From: an uncultured Verrucomicrobiae bacterium | GTDB taxonomy: Bacteria; Verrucomicrobiota; Verrucomicrobiia; Palsa-1439 | Assembly: GCA_963812605.1 (NCBI GenBank) | Contig: CAWEWF010000001.1 | Location: 160,001 to 224,000 of the forward strand | Reading direction: 5' to 3' | DNA length: 64,000 bases | Shown here: piece by piece, positions 18,695-30,247 of the stretch | Position numbering within the stretch: the stretch's first letter is position 1 | Layout of the letters: every line of letters starts with the position of its first letter | Position numbers and translations under genes: made by a program | The notes under the pieces: generated by a model | Databases searched by the model: none | The model's input: only the letters and a program-made list of their open reading frames with translations | What the model was told of the DNA's origin: nothing

Positions 18695-18783
18695 GTAGTG
18701 ATCTTCATTCTCAGTGTCTTTGTTGTTTAGGCGTTTATTTCTTGTCGCTGCAATCCCAATTGCACATCACACCAATCTCAGTA

Positions 18784-18812
18784 TTAGTCGGGCTGAGAAA
18801 GAAAACCTTACA
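18784..18812 (-). promoter_or_regulatory. ECF-type promoter copy 5
   Basis: TGTAAG-N16-CGACTAA upstream of the PepSY-TM/msrP operon. Confidence 0.75.
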
Positions 18813-18919
18813 TACTTGTTCTGTGACAGACAGGTGCAAGGAATGCGCTGCTTCGACGACCCAACCGAAAAACTGTCTGGCAGCGTGCAATCGCCGCGCT
18901 ACGTTCCCTGGCCGTCACG

Positions 18920-19076
18920 AGCGGTTGAAGGTGGCAAGCGATGCTTGACACTCGCCTCGCTCCGCTATCTCGACACCGTCGTGAAAATAGAGGGCGTTTG
19001 GCTATTTGCGGAGCGCCTGCTCTACGTCGCTTGGTTGGAGGAGCGAGCATTGGTAAAATGGCAAAGCGCGGTCTAG
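18920..19076 (+). pseudogene. C-terminal remnant of an NTF2/SnoaL-like gene
   Basis: LASLRYLDTVVKIEGVWLFAERLLYVAWLEER with no plausible N-terminal half. Confidence 0.55.
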
Positions 19077-19266
19077 CCCTTCGACAATTACTCGGTATGA
19101 TAACCGACATAGGAGAACTATCATGACCACACCCACGATCCATCGCGAAGCCAGTTGTGGAGGTGACTCGTCCGGAGCCAAGCCGGTGCATGGTTTCTTG
19201 TAGATTCGAGTTCTAACAAGCGAGTCAATCCGGCTTGATGCTCTGACATTCATCGCGCACAGGAAT

Positions 19267-19290
19267 GCTTATCACCCGCACCTGTCACCC
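19267..19290. repeat. arm-type site pair, right end
   Basis: GCTTATCACCCGCACCTGTCACCC, same orientation as 5044-5067. Confidence 0.7.
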
Positions 19291-19427
19291 TTTGGAGAAA
19301 TCTCTGACGATTTCTGATGATCGGTGACAAAAACCCTGCGAACGGCATCGACCGCTATGCCTTATGTTGCAACGCATGGATGACCACTGGTGAAGTCTGA
19401 TTATAGCGGTGAAATTTTTTCCTTGCT

Positions 19428-19467
<40 letters not shown>

Positions 19468-19509
19468 CACTTATATTTTGCTGGCATGAACAACCATTGC
19501 GCTTGCTGT

Positions 19510-19537
19510 ATTTTATGTCCGCACTGGTTTATTGCAA
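19510..19537 (-). promoter_or_regulatory. possible sigma70 promoter facing the tRNA half
   Basis: TTGCAA-N16-TAAAAT. Confidence 0.4.
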
Positions 19538-19557
19538 TGGCTGGGGTGTTTTTCACC

Positions 19558-19689
19558 ATGAAAGTCACCCCAACGACCCACAAACATCGAAACTCGTCCA
19601 TTGTTGGCGACTGTCTCGATCGTTCAAACCGCACCGACTTTTACCGTGCGATTTTCCAACGCGACGGCAAGCAAGCCAAGCGCAGCCTC
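19558..19689 (+). pseudogene. second, more decayed integrase N-terminal fragment
   Basis: IVGDCLDRSNRTDFYRAIFQRDGKQAKRSL aligns with the 5102 fragment. Confidence 0.6.
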
Positions 19690-21266
19690 TACTCCTCAGC
19701 TGCGGCGCGCGCCAGTCGTGCTCCGATGGCCCCGTGGAGGACGCCCGTCACCACCAGTGTTCCCGCCAAAATAAAAAGCATCTCCACATCCTGCCCTCCC
19801 GGGCTCCGCATGAAAATCAATGAAATGGGCATGACCAGAAAGACCCCGCCCACGTACTGAATCGCCACCGCCAGCGGCAATGCGCCCCGTTTCATTACCA
19901 AAGACAGATACGCTGTCAGATGTAGGAACAAGATGTATTGGCTGACAGAAATGGCGAGAAACATGAGCCCTTCCGGATGGCTCGCCATCCCATCAAGAAA
20001 CTGGGAAAACTCTTTCGGTATCAGCGTGAGGCCAGCCAAACAATACAGCAGGTAGGGCGTGACCCCGGGAACGGAAGCGAAAACCTTCCGGTAAGCGATC
20101 TCTCTCACGGAAAATGGCAGCAGCACGAGCGATGAGAGCGTTTTCCACCGCACTTCGCTCTTGAAAACGCGCGACGCGTCAAGGGCCAGGCTGATGGCCG
20201 TGACTGCCAGTGATGATATCACCAGGAAGCCACCCAAAACTTCTTTCGGCGAACCTGCCTGACGCAACCAAAATCCCTTGGCGAAACAAGCGGCGGCCGC
20301 GCCGAATATCAGGAACTTCAAGGCCAACCCCCGAACGCCGCCGCCAACGAATCGAAATTCCCTCCACGCCACGGCTCCCAGGTCGTGGACCCCCTCCGGC
20401 ACACGAGCACTTCGCCTCCTGCGAAGCATTACGATTCCACGCGCAGGAGCATCCTCATGCTGGTTCCGTGTGCAGGGCTCGAATGCAACCCAAGCCAGCA
20501 GGAAGAAACCGATGCCAATCACGACATTGCTGATCACCTGAAAGCCAACGGGACCCTCGGCGAAGCCGGTTCGCAAAATCGCCGATAGCCGTGACCACGC
20601 GGACACACCGGTCGTGAACTCAAGGGACCGAATGAACACCGCGCGCCAGCCGCTGGTTGCCACGAACACGCCGGCGGCTATCGCGTCCCTGAACGCGCTC
20701 AGAATCGCCGACGGCAAGACAAATAGAATCCACACCGTCACCCCCGTCATGAGGGCGGCGACTGCGGTTCGTCGAAATACGACCGAATTGAACAAGGCAA
20801 TGTTGCAGAGCAGGAACACGTAGGCCAGCAACGTGCAATACCCGGCGGCGATCTGCCGGATGCTCACCCCGCCCAAGGTGACCGCGAGCAGTGTGAATGG
20901 CACTTGCGCCAGCAATAACATGCCCGCGCCCACCAGGCGGCTCGTGGATTTTCCCAGCAGAATTGACAAGGCGTTGAGGTCGGTCATTCGCAGCAACCCC
21001 AACATCATCTCCTCTTTCTCTTCCGTGATGGCCGACGCGAAGTAACTCAGCCCCGCCAGTGAAATGAACACAACATTGATCCACAGCACTCCCTGGAACA
21101 ATTGCAATCCTGGCGCGCTGGAGAAGCCGTAGCGTGATGTTTGCTCGACCTCAAACAATGAGATCAATAGGATGGCCAACAATGCCGCGCGCGTCCCGAA
21201 AACCGACGGCGTGCGCGCATCGACGCGCAGGGAACGCTCGAACAATGCCAGCAGCGGAATCCTCAT
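19689..21266 (-). CDS. ABC-2-type permease
   Basis: AITEEKEEMMLGLLRMTDL, LGGVS; many TM helices, internal two-fold repeat. Confidence 0.85.
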   Translation of the reverse strand: MRIPLLALFERSLRVDARTPSVFGTRAALLAILLISLFEVEQTSRYGFSSAPGLQLFQGVLWINVVFISLAGLSYFASAITEEKEEMMLGLLRMTDLNALSILLGKSTSRLVGAGMLLLAQVPFTLLAVTLGGVSIRQIAAGYCTLLAYVFLLCNIALFNSVVFRRTAVAALMTGVTVWILFVLPSAILSAFRDAIAAGVFVATSGWRAVFIRSLEFTTGVSAWSRLSAILRTGFAEGPVGFQVISNVVIGIGFFLLAWVAFEPCTRNQHEDAPARGIVMLRRRRSARVPEGVHDLGAVAWREFRFVGGGVRGLALKFLIFGAAAACFAKGFWLRQAGSPKEVLGGFLVISSLAVTAISLALDASRVFKSEVRWKTLSSLVLLPFSVREIAYRKVFASVPGVTPYLLYCLAGLTLIPKEFSQFLDGMASHPEGLMFLAISVSQYILFLHLTAYLSLVMKRGALPLAVAIQYVGGVFLVMPISLIFMRSPGGQDVEMLFILAGTLVVTGVLHGAIGARLARAAAEE

Positions 21267-22222
21267 GACCCAAGGACCGGGGGCACCCCCGGCTCCGTCA
21301 AATCCAGGAACGCTTGATTCAGATGCCGCACGTCCTCCTGGAAGGACACTACCTGGCCGCCGGTCTCCAGCACCATCCGCAAGACTGCATTCGGATCCGT
21401 CTGTTTCCGCTGAAAACTGACGCGATACCGGGGCTCGCCCTCCGTCCTGGTCACGCTGGTCACCCCCGCCATTTGACGCAGTGACTGTTCCGTAAGTGTC
21501 TGTTCAACCGCCAGCACGAGTAGGTAATCCGCTTCCTGGCCACTGCGCTGTTCCAACCCGCTCATCGGACCGCTGTATTTCACCAGGCCCCGGTCGAGAA
21601 CCGTCACGCTATCGCAAAGCAGTGCCAGTTCGCTAAGAATGTGCGAGCTGATAAAGATCGTCTTCCCCATGCGCCTCAACTCCCGCAGGATCTCCATCAA
21701 TTCTATGCGCGCCCGCGGATCCAATCCGCTGGCGGGTTCGTCGAGGAGCAACAATTCCGGATCGTGGACCAACACCCGCGCCAGGCTCACTCGCTGTTGC
21801 ATCCCGCGGGAAAGGCCCTTGATAAAATCGTTCCGCCGCCCGTCCATGTCCGTCAACGTCAGCACATCCTGGATGATTTTCACGCGTGCCGGGGCGAGTT
21901 GCCCGTACGCCGCCGCAAAGAAGTCGAGGTACTCCTGCACGGTCATCTGGCGGTACATGCTGAAATGGTCGGGCATGAACCCAATGCGCCGCCGCAATTG
22001 TTTGAAGTTGGCGACGATGTCCTTGCCAAACACCCGCACCTGACCGTGTTGCGGTCGCAGCAACGTCGCCAGAATCTTGAGCGTGGTCGTTTTGCCCGCG
22101 CCGTTCGGCCCCACGAACCCGTGAATGGAGCCGTTGTTGACCTCGAATGTCACGCCCTGGAGCGCCTGCTGGCGCTTGTAAGAATGGCGCAGATCAATAA
22201 TCTCGATCACCGGGTCGCTCAT
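21263..22222 (-). CDS. ABC transporter ATPase
   Basis: GPNGAGKT, LSRGM, LLDEPASGLDP. Confidence 0.95.
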   Translation of the reverse strand: MSDPVIEIIDLRHSYKRQQALQGVTFEVNNGSIHGFVGPNGAGKTTTLKILATLLRPQHGQVRVFGKDIVANFKQLRRRIGFMPDHFSMYRQMTVQEYLDFFAAAYGQLAPARVKIIQDVLTLTDMDGRRNDFIKGLSRGMQQRVSLARVLVHDPELLLLDEPASGLDPRARIELMEILRELRRMGKTIFISSHILSELALLCDSVTVLDRGLVKYSGPMSGLEQRSGQEADYLLVLAVEQTLTEQSLRQMAGVTSVTRTEGEPRYRVSFQRKQTDPNAVLRMVLETGGQVVSFQEDVRHLNQAFLDLTEPGVPPVLGS

Positions 22223-23991
22223 AATTTCCCTTTCTCGCCCGACGGCCTCACACAATCACGATGGTAGAGGACATATCCCACCTCGCGTCCAAAATCCTTG
22301 GCGGCGACGTTGAAACTGCTCGGGCTGCGCGCGAAAATGAAGAGTTGCATTCGGTCATCGTCGGGCGTGTGACCGGTCACCTGGTAGCGAAAGCCATCCA
22401 CTCCGCCGAGGCTCCACCCCATTAGCAGCTCGACAAATCCGGAGAAGGTGGTTTCGACATCCACGGTTCCATCCCCGTTCTCGGGGCGGCGCGCGGTGTA
22501 CGCGTACGGATTCGGTGTTGTTGTCTGGAGAAGTCTGGTTGAAGACAGGAACTGACTCAAGGGTTTGCCCGATTCTGACACCAGCACTCCATCCGTCAGC
22601 CGCATCGGATAAATAGTGTCGCGATACAACGCCCAGATTTTCAGTGGCTGCGGTGGAAAATGCGGGCCGACAGCCAGGGCGAACTCCTGATTGCGCTCTG
22701 TCGGCCACGCCATCACCTGGACCCATGTGTCATCCCCCGTCATCCGCGCCTGGTGTAGAAAAGCCCGCTGGGAATACAACGGGATATCCACGACGAATTC
22801 GCCATCCTTGCCGCTGCGGATCACGCCGTTGACAGGTTCATAATCATTGGCCGTCGCGTAGAGATTGTGTGGCGCGGCGTGACGGATGGTGTAGAAATCT
22901 CCACGCGAGACGAAGACGTTTATCCATTGCGTCACCTCATAGGTCGTGTCACCCACGGCCCGCGCGTACGACAGCGAATGCACCGCGCTGGCCTCACCCT
23001 GGCCGCGGCGGCCAAGATAGTGAAACAACAGTCCAAACCACGCCACCGCCAGCAACATCACGGCCATCACCCATCGGTAATCCTGCACCCGTTTGCCGAA
23101 AAGATAATTCCCGGGGCCAACCACCAGGATGTAGATGATGGTCAGAAGATAAATCAGCCCCCAACTGTGGCGGGGCCGTGTCAACCCCGCCAGTGCGCGA
23201 AGGATGGTTTCCGGCAATTGGTAGACAACGGTCGAGCCTTGACCGGTCTTAAGCGCGAGCGGGGGAAATCCGCTGGCAGCAAGCATGGATTCGGTGGCCT
23301 CGCGCCGCGTCACCGCATGGCGCACAACCCACCCAGCTCCCATTCGCATCCGATCAACTGAGGAATTCAACAGGGACATGTCGTCGTTGAAATCGGGGTA
23401 TTTGCCGTTGGCTCCCAACAGAAGGTGCACGGTGCCGCCGCGATGTACCCAATCCAGGAACGCCTCTCGCTTCACGGATTCCCAACGCGGAGCATGGTCA
23501 AGAACCACACTATCCAACCCATCCGCGGCGGCCACCGAGATCGGAAAGAGCTGGTCGGGAAATAATCGGAGCGCGCCACGCGCTGCAATGGCGTCGTCAG
23601 GATCGAACAAGAGCACACGGGCGGGCGGACCCTGCTTCGGCGTTTCGACGCTCATTTGTTCGTCGAGGTGCTTGCCCCACGCCAGCCGCCAGCCGCTCTC
23701 CATGCCAATGTACGGATAAAACTGGATCCACCGCTCCGTAAACGGCGCCACGTAACAGGGTTGCTCGTAGGCTGCCCCGACGGCATCGGCCAGTCCCTGG
23801 TTCTTCAGTAACGTCACCACTCCATCAAAGGGTTCAGTCGAGTCGTTCGCGACCAGGACCGACAACAGGTTGAACCGCTCCGGGACGACCATGCCATCGA
23901 ACCCCCAGCGGACCTCGCGCACCCCCAGCGCCAAAGCCACCTGCGCGACCAGTGTCAGCCCCAACAGTTGGAAAATAATTGCGCGCCTCAT
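22219..23991 (-). CDS. secreted/membrane hypothetical protein
   Basis: Signal peptide, AFLDWVHRGG, YILVVGPGNY TM pair; coupled to neighbours. Confidence 0.8.
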   Translation of the reverse strand: MRRAIIFQLLGLTLVAQVALALGVREVRWGFDGMVVPERFNLLSVLVANDSTEPFDGVVTLLKNQGLADAVGAAYEQPCYVAPFTERWIQFYPYIGMESGWRLAWGKHLDEQMSVETPKQGPPARVLLFDPDDAIAARGALRLFPDQLFPISVAAADGLDSVVLDHAPRWESVKREAFLDWVHRGGTVHLLLGANGKYPDFNDDMSLLNSSVDRMRMGAGWVVRHAVTRREATESMLAASGFPPLALKTGQGSTVVYQLPETILRALAGLTRPRHSWGLIYLLTIIYILVVGPGNYLFGKRVQDYRWVMAVMLLAVAWFGLLFHYLGRRGQGEASAVHSLSYARAVGDTTYEVTQWINVFVSRGDFYTIRHAAPHNLYATANDYEPVNGVIRSGKDGEFVVDIPLYSQRAFLHQARMTGDDTWVQVMAWPTERNQEFALAVGPHFPPQPLKIWALYRDTIYPMRLTDGVLVSESGKPLSQFLSSTRLLQTTTPNPYAYTARRPENGDGTVDVETTFSGFVELLMGWSLGGVDGFRYQVTGHTPDDDRMQLFIFARSPSSFNVAAKDFGREVGYVLYHRDCVRPSGEKGKL

Positions 23992-25703
23992 CCTTGCTCG
24001 CCCCGCAGATACCGATCGGCCCGAGTTAAACACAGCCGCCGGACATAATACAGGATGGTCCCGTAAAAACAAAAGTTAACCCCGACCAAAACCCACTTGT
24101 CCATCTCCCCAAATGAAAGCCAGTCGTTCCATTCGATCGAGAGGATGATCCCGGCCGGGCTCAACAGACATCCGACGACGGGGCCGGCCAGGTAGCCAAG
24201 ACCGAAAACCTCGTTCGCCTCCAGAACGATCAGCAGAATCAGCGGCAAGGCGCACCATCCGACAAATACCGCGACCGCCGTCATAGTCGCTCGAAATCGC
24301 GTCCGCGTCCGCAGGCCGATCCACACACTGACCCAAATGATTAGCGGCAGGTACACCAGCAGCGACAACACCGACGCAACCGCAAACAGCCAGCGACCAC
24401 TCGCGGTATCAAAACGCCACCACACCTCCATGGCAAATATCGTCAGGAACACCACGGCCAGGGCCTGCGTCAGACGCCGTAATGCCTTTGTCTTTTGGCG
24501 AACGATGTCTCGCCCGGTCATCGGCGTGGTCAGCAACACCTCCAGCGTCTGTGAGCTACGCTCCGTGCTGATCGCGTTGGCGCCCTGAACGGACAAAACC
24601 AACGTGGTCAGCGTCCATAGACCGAAAACAAGCAGGGCGGCACTTCCGTTTCCCCCGCCGCGCGAGCTGTCAGAGATCACCAGAAATCCAAGAAACGACG
24701 TTGGGACCAGCACCAGCACAAATACTCGAAATATGTAATGCGGTTTGCCGAGGGATTTCTTTGTCGTTTCCCGCCAGGCCACGGGTTCCATATCCGGCAA
24801 CGTCACCTTGTCTTTGATCAGCACGATGTTTCCAAAGTGTTTGTTGAGTCCGGTCATGAATCGGTCCAGTCGTTTGAACCATTCCAGCAACCGGTTACGC
24901 GGCCGGACGAATGCCCGCCGGGTCAGGAACGCCCGGGCCAGAAGCAGGAACAGAATGGTGGACAGCCAGACGGGAAAGGCAAACGTCGGATTCCGATTGG
25001 TGAAAAAAATCCATGGCGGAGAAAAGGAGAATGTCGCTTCATCAGGCCCCGCTAACCGATAGCCATAGTACCCATACCCCATACCCATGTACCACAGGGA
25101 CAACCAGCCCATCGGCCGAAAAAGGTAAAAGACCGCGCCGGACACATACGTTATCAAAACCGCGGCGACGGTTGTGCGGCAGAACGCCGACCACATGAGC
25201 GCGAACGCCCCGACTTGCAGACACGTCAGGAACAACAGGTAGATACCCGACAATAAATGGGCGGTGGACACGCCGCCCAATGCGTACGCCACGCCCATCA
25301 ACGGCAACGACAGCAGCAGGAATGTGAACATTGGCACCAGGCGCCCCAGGTACTTCTGCAAGAGGATGGCCCACGGCCCCATCTCCGTCAGAAACAACAA
25401 CGCCAGCGATTCACGTTCCTTCTCCGCGGTGATGACACCCGACATCATCGCCGGCAGGAAAAGATAGATGCCCAAAAATTGCAGGATCATCAAATACTCA
25501 AACATCATCCGCCCGCGCCCGAGCATGGCGGCCCAGCTTCCGGGCCCGGAATAGGAAGCATTCGTCGCCGCGTAGAACAGCCCAAATCCGACAAACAAAA
25601 GAGTGGCGTATGTCGCTCGCACCGCGTAGGTGCGCTTGCGTGCGGCCTGCTCGACCAACTCCTTGCCCAGCAGCGGCAGCCCGAATGTTTGTCCAAACTT
25701 CAC
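23988..25703 (-). CDS. ABC-2-type permease
   Basis: ITAEKERESLALLFLT and ISTERSSQTLEVLLTTP. Confidence 0.88.
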   Translation of the reverse strand: MKFGQTFGLPLLGKELVEQAARKRTYAVRATYATLLFVGFGLFYAATNASYSGPGSWAAMLGRGRMMFEYLMILQFLGIYLFLPAMMSGVITAEKERESLALLFLTEMGPWAILLQKYLGRLVPMFTFLLLSLPLMGVAYALGGVSTAHLLSGIYLLFLTCLQVGAFALMWSAFCRTTVAAVLITYVSGAVFYLFRPMGWLSLWYMGMGYGYYGYRLAGPDEATFSFSPPWIFFTNRNPTFAFPVWLSTILFLLLARAFLTRRAFVRPRNRLLEWFKRLDRFMTGLNKHFGNIVLIKDKVTLPDMEPVAWRETTKKSLGKPHYIFRVFVLVLVPTSFLGFLVISDSSRGGGNGSAALLVFGLWTLTTLVLSVQGANAISTERSSQTLEVLLTTPMTGRDIVRQKTKALRRLTQALAVVFLTIFAMEVWWRFDTASGRWLFAVASVLSLLVYLPLIIWVSVWIGLRTRTRFRATMTAVAVFVGWCALPLILLIVLEANEVFGLGYLAGPVVGCLLSPAGIILSIEWNDWLSFGEMDKWVLVGVNFCFYGTILYYVRRLCLTRADRYLRGEQG

Positions 25704-26644
25704 GCCACTTTACCCCGGGTCAACTTCATGAACGCTGTTTCCATGTCCATCGCCTCGGGTTGGAACATCTGGATCCGCGCGCCCAGCGCATGAATTCGTT
25801 CCAATAGCTCCTCCACCGCCAATTCGTCCTCGCGAATGCGAATCGCAATGCGGTCGGTATCCAGTTCCACAGCCGCCACCCCGGGGATGGCCTGGATGCC
25901 CGCGACAAGGCTGTCCGATCGGTTGGCCAATTGCACGTGCACCAGCCGCTGCAATCCCAGCGCGCGGTAAATCTCCTTCACGTCCCCCTCGGCGACGAGT
26001 TGACCCGCCTCGATGATCCCAATGCGTGTGCAAAACTGCGATAGCTCGTGCAGAATGTGGCTCGAGATCAGGATCGTCTTGCCCATGGCTTTGAGTTCCT
26101 TCAACAGTTCCCGCAGCTCGATCCGCGCCCGCGGGTCCAGTCCGCTGGCCGGCTCATCGAGCAGCAGCAACGCCGGATCGTGCAAAAGCACGCGCGCAAT
26201 CCCCAGCCGTTGCTTCATCCCGCGCGACAACGCGTCCACCGGCGCATCCGCCTTCTCCGTGAGATCCGTCAGCGTCAACACATCCGCGACGACAGCCTTG
26301 CGTTTGGCGCGCTCGATCCGATACGCCGCCGCAAAAAAATGCAGGTACTCTGTCACCGTCAGGTCCTCGTACACCCCAAATGAATCCGGCATGTAACCGA
26401 CCACTTGCCGCACACGGTATGGCTCGCGGACAACGTCAAACCCGTGCACCAGGACGGTGCCCGACGTCGGTTTCACCAACGTCGCCAGCACCTTGATCGT
26501 CGAGGTCTTGCCCGCGCCGTTCGGGCCGATGAAACCGAACACCTCCCCGCGAGGGATGCGCAGGGACAAATCGCGGACCGCTGGCTGCTTGCCGTAAAAC
26601 ACGAATAAATTGCTGATGTCGACGACCAGATCATCCTTCGACAT
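25700..26644 (-). CDS. ABC transporter ATPase
   Basis: GPNGAGKT, LSRGM, LLDEPASGLDP. Confidence 0.95.
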   Translation of the reverse strand: MSKDDLVVDISNLFVFYGKQPAVRDLSLRIPRGEVFGFIGPNGAGKTSTIKVLATLVKPTSGTVLVHGFDVVREPYRVRQVVGYMPDSFGVYEDLTVTEYLHFFAAAYRIERAKRKAVVADVLTLTDLTEKADAPVDALSRGMKQRLGIARVLLHDPALLLLDEPASGLDPRARIELRELLKELKAMGKTILISSHILHELSQFCTRIGIIEAGQLVAEGDVKEIYRALGLQRLVHVQLANRSDSLVAGIQAIPGVAAVELDTDRIAIRIREDELAVEELLERIHALGARIQMFQPEAMDMETAFMKLTRGKVA

Positions 26645-28555
26645 GGTAAACCCTCCGATACACGAGAATATCGTCGCCAGCCTGGGTCACGACCACAACC
26701 ATCCACTGGCCCGGATCGGATTCGTCCAGCACCGCCAGGTCCTCGAAGTTCCCGCCGCCCGATGGCGAGATTTGCGCCACGAGCGAGAACAACCCGTTCG
26801 AGCCGCCCGTGCACGACGCGGAAATCAATGACGGGGGCAGCAACTGGACACGCCGTTCCACATACACCACGTTCGTTCCGTGAAGGAGGAACACGTCGCC
26901 CGGAGGCTGGCGGGTTCCGAAGAGCGTGGCGCTCAATCGGTGTTCGGTGTCTGAGGATTGCAAGATGGCGAGATCGATTGCATCCCAATTGGCCATGATG
27001 GAAGTCGGTGACGGATCCAATGAAAGAATCCGGTTCAATTGCGGTTGCCACTGGTGAATCGCTTGATTCACCTGAAAACGTCCGGGGATTGCGCCCTCGC
27101 ACAAGGGTGGCGTGCTTTCCGGTTCCATCTGTCCCGGCCAGCCAAAGTGCGAGTATCCAACCTCTCTCAAATGGCCGCGTGCGAGAATAGTATGTTCCAA
27201 GGGCGCCCACAACCCGTCTTGCACGTCCATCGTTACGGACTCGTTGTGCCCGGCAAAGAGCAACTCATACCGGTCTTGCCGCAGCACGACGCCACCTTCG
27301 CCAATGTCCACAAAGACGAGGGCCCGACGGTGATCGCCGTGACCGAGGTAGCGATTGGCCATCCGCACCGTCGCGACGGTAAACGCCACTGTTATCGCGG
27401 GAAAAAGGATCCACGTATATCGGCGCCGCCGTAGCCACCCCAGGACGGCGTAGTCCACAGGCCCGATCATCAATACGAATAGCGTGAGCGTCCCCGCCAA
27501 CGCACGCAGCGGGATGAATCGTGTCTCGTGGGGAAGTAGTCCCTCTCGCAAATCGCCACCGGCAAACCGCCCGGCTTCCGTTTGATGATCGTCAAACGAG
27601 TACTGTGCATAGCCCCGGCGATTCATTTCCAGCGCTTCTTTGTAGGTGAGATTCGTATGAACTTCTTCCGCCGGTTGGACCCGCATTTTCCACAGAAAAT
27701 CCACCGCGTCCGACCAGGCCGGCGAGTTCAAATTGGTCTCGGCATTCAGGCGATTATCGATCAGCACGCAGCGGCCCAGACCGGCGTGAATTCTTCGGAT
27801 TCCGTCAACCGCCGGCCCTTCCCCAAGTGCGCTCAAAAACTCTCGCGGCTGCGGTTTCGGACCGTTTTCGGTGAAGAGACACAAACTTCCCCGGCTCTTA
27901 CCCAATGCAGCAGCGCCTGCCATTGTCGCTCACGCAAATCGGCAAACCCGCTCGCCGTAAGCACGATCAGGTCGTACGCGCAATAGGACAGCGGCTGCGC
28001 GGCCATCTCGTCCGGGGCCAGTCGGGCCACGGATACATTCACGGCTTGGGGATTGGACTCCGCGCCCAAGGTTTGAAAACGGGACGGACGAAGGCGCTGT
28101 TGAATCCGGAGCATTTGCGCGTCGGACGAGCCGGCTGAATCGCAAATGCCCATCACCATCGAGCGTTCACCGGGGCCGGAGACAAACAGGGTCGCCGTGC
28201 CAAGATCGAATCGGGACTTCGATGATGCAAATCGCATGACCACGTCCACTTGCGAGTCATACGTTGTCGGAAGCGGCGGCAGCAGCAACCCGAACCGCTG
28301 TTCGCCGCCGGTCAGCGCGATTTCCACGCTGTGGTAGCGGTTCAATAATTGGTTGTCATTCCAGAATTCCAATTCCAGCCGGCCCTCCAACAGGCCGGCA
28401 CCCGACCAGCGAAACGTGACTTCCACAGGCAGTGGCGCATGGCTCCGTCCGCGGGCTGCTGTGGGAACGAGTTGTGCCTGCAAGCGCTCGGCCGCGAGGC
28501 CGTTCCCCGGCCACCACAGCAAGGCCAGCGCGATGGCAATGGCGGTGCGTCTCAT
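26631..28555 (-). CDS. secreted/membrane hypothetical protein, paralog of 22219-23991, frameshift near 27890
   Basis: ALLHWVRAG (one frame) joins GSLCLF (another) at a G run; FVLMIGPVDY TM motif. Confidence 0.75.
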
Positions 28556-28562
28556 GATTGCC

Positions 28563-30247
28563 TCAAACCTGGACACCGTGTTTTCTCTGGAAATACCACC
28601 ACTCGACCAGCAACACCATCAAGGCGGTGAACGTCAACTGGCTCCATAACGCGCGGTCCGTCTTCACTTTCGTCGTTTCCGCCTTCACGCTCAACTGCTC
28701 GTTGAACTGGATTTTGTCGACGCGCGCCAGCGATGTCTCACTCGGCGATAACACGCCACCTGTGCCATGAGCCTCGGCCAGTCCCGCCTGCTCCATCGCG
28801 GCTTGCGCTACGTTTGCCACAAACACGGGGAAACCGACACGATACGGCAACGTCGAATGATCCGTATGAAACAATAAACCCACCGTCAGCCCGTCATCCG
28901 TGCGCCGTTCCACCATCAGCGGACCATGTTGCCCGTGCACCAGCACCTCATATCCAAGTTTTTCAGCATCGGCTTCGCCGGTCTCGCCGCGCCAGTGCGG
29001 ATCTTCCAAAATCACCAAATCGTTCATCTGTACATGCTGGAGCAACACCGACTCCCGTTGCCAATCCACTACCTGGGTTCCGTTTGTTTCCACGCGTATG
29101 AGTTCCGCAAGTTCCGTCGGCACCCGCCCCACCCAGAGCCGTGTGCGGGCTCCCACCGCTTCGTCATTGGGCTGATCACTCACGGCCAGGTCAACGGCAC
29201 TCGCGCTGTCATCCGTCACGATCACACTGCTCATTCCCGCCAACACCCGGCGGTAGCTTCCCAGTGTCTTCGCCACATAAACCCGCAACGGCCGCGCCGC
29301 GGGCAACTCCAGGCTGGCCACGTTGTCGGCAGCGAGCGAATCGAACCCGTCCGGGCGCACGTTTACCTGCAACTTCACCGCCTTGTCGCCCGGGAACGGA
29401 AACACCATCCGCTCCGCGTGTCCCTTCACCAGCGTCACCCGTTCGCTGCCGACCACCGCGCCCTCCTGCGTCACCTCGACCGTCATGGCGCCGTCCGCCT
29501 CCGCGCTGCCTTCGATCTGGACGAACACGTCCCAGCCGCCGTTCACGGCCCGCCGCGCGCTCAAGGCCGTCAGTCCAACGTTCGGCCCAGCGGGGGAAGT
29601 TGCTGGTAATTCAGCTTGAAAGGCAGATCAAAGTTCACCCGCGGAGGGAAATTCCCATCGGACACCAGCAACACTTCATCGAAGGCCGTGGTCCGCGCCA
29701 GCGCCTGCGCCAGGCGCAGGGCCTCTTCGCAATCACTGGACACGTTTTCCACCTGGATGCTCTCCAGGGCGTCGCGGAGTTCGCGTTTGTCGTTGGTAAA
29801 CCCGGTGAGCTTCCGCGCCGTTTTGCCAAAGGAAATGAAGCACAGTTCCTGGTCGCCTGCCAATCCGTCGATCAGTTCTCGCACCCGGCGCTTCGCCTCT
29901 TGCAGTCGGGTAATGCCGCCTTCCTTGTCGAGCGCGCCCATGCTGGCGGAACAGTCGATCAGCACCGGCAGACGCCGCACCAAACCCTCGCGGCCGCGCC
30001 AGTAAGGTTGCATCGCGGCCAACACCAGCAAGGCGAGAATCAGGAGTTGCAACCACAGCAGCAAATTGCGTTTGAACTTTTGAAACGGTGAATTGACGCG
30101 ATTGTCCTGGAGCACCTGCCGCCATAATGTCAGGGACGGGACCTCGAGGCGCGGCCGTTTCAACTTCAGGAAATAGAATAACACCAGCGGCGCGGCCAGG
30201 GCCGCCAGCCAGCCGTAGCTCAGTGCGTTGAAACCGCCCCAGTTCAT
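28563..30247 (-). CDS. BatA-VWA protein, frameshift near 29595
   Basis: LFYFLKLKR..VPSLTLW BatA motif, DCSASM MIDAS; LPP joins AGPNVGLTALSARR in another frame. Confidence 0.85.

Noticed and set aside
26631-30247. Programmed frameshifting or true pseudogenes in the MoxR cluster
   Set aside because: Indels sit in short homopolymers, no other decay, and similar indels occur across the window
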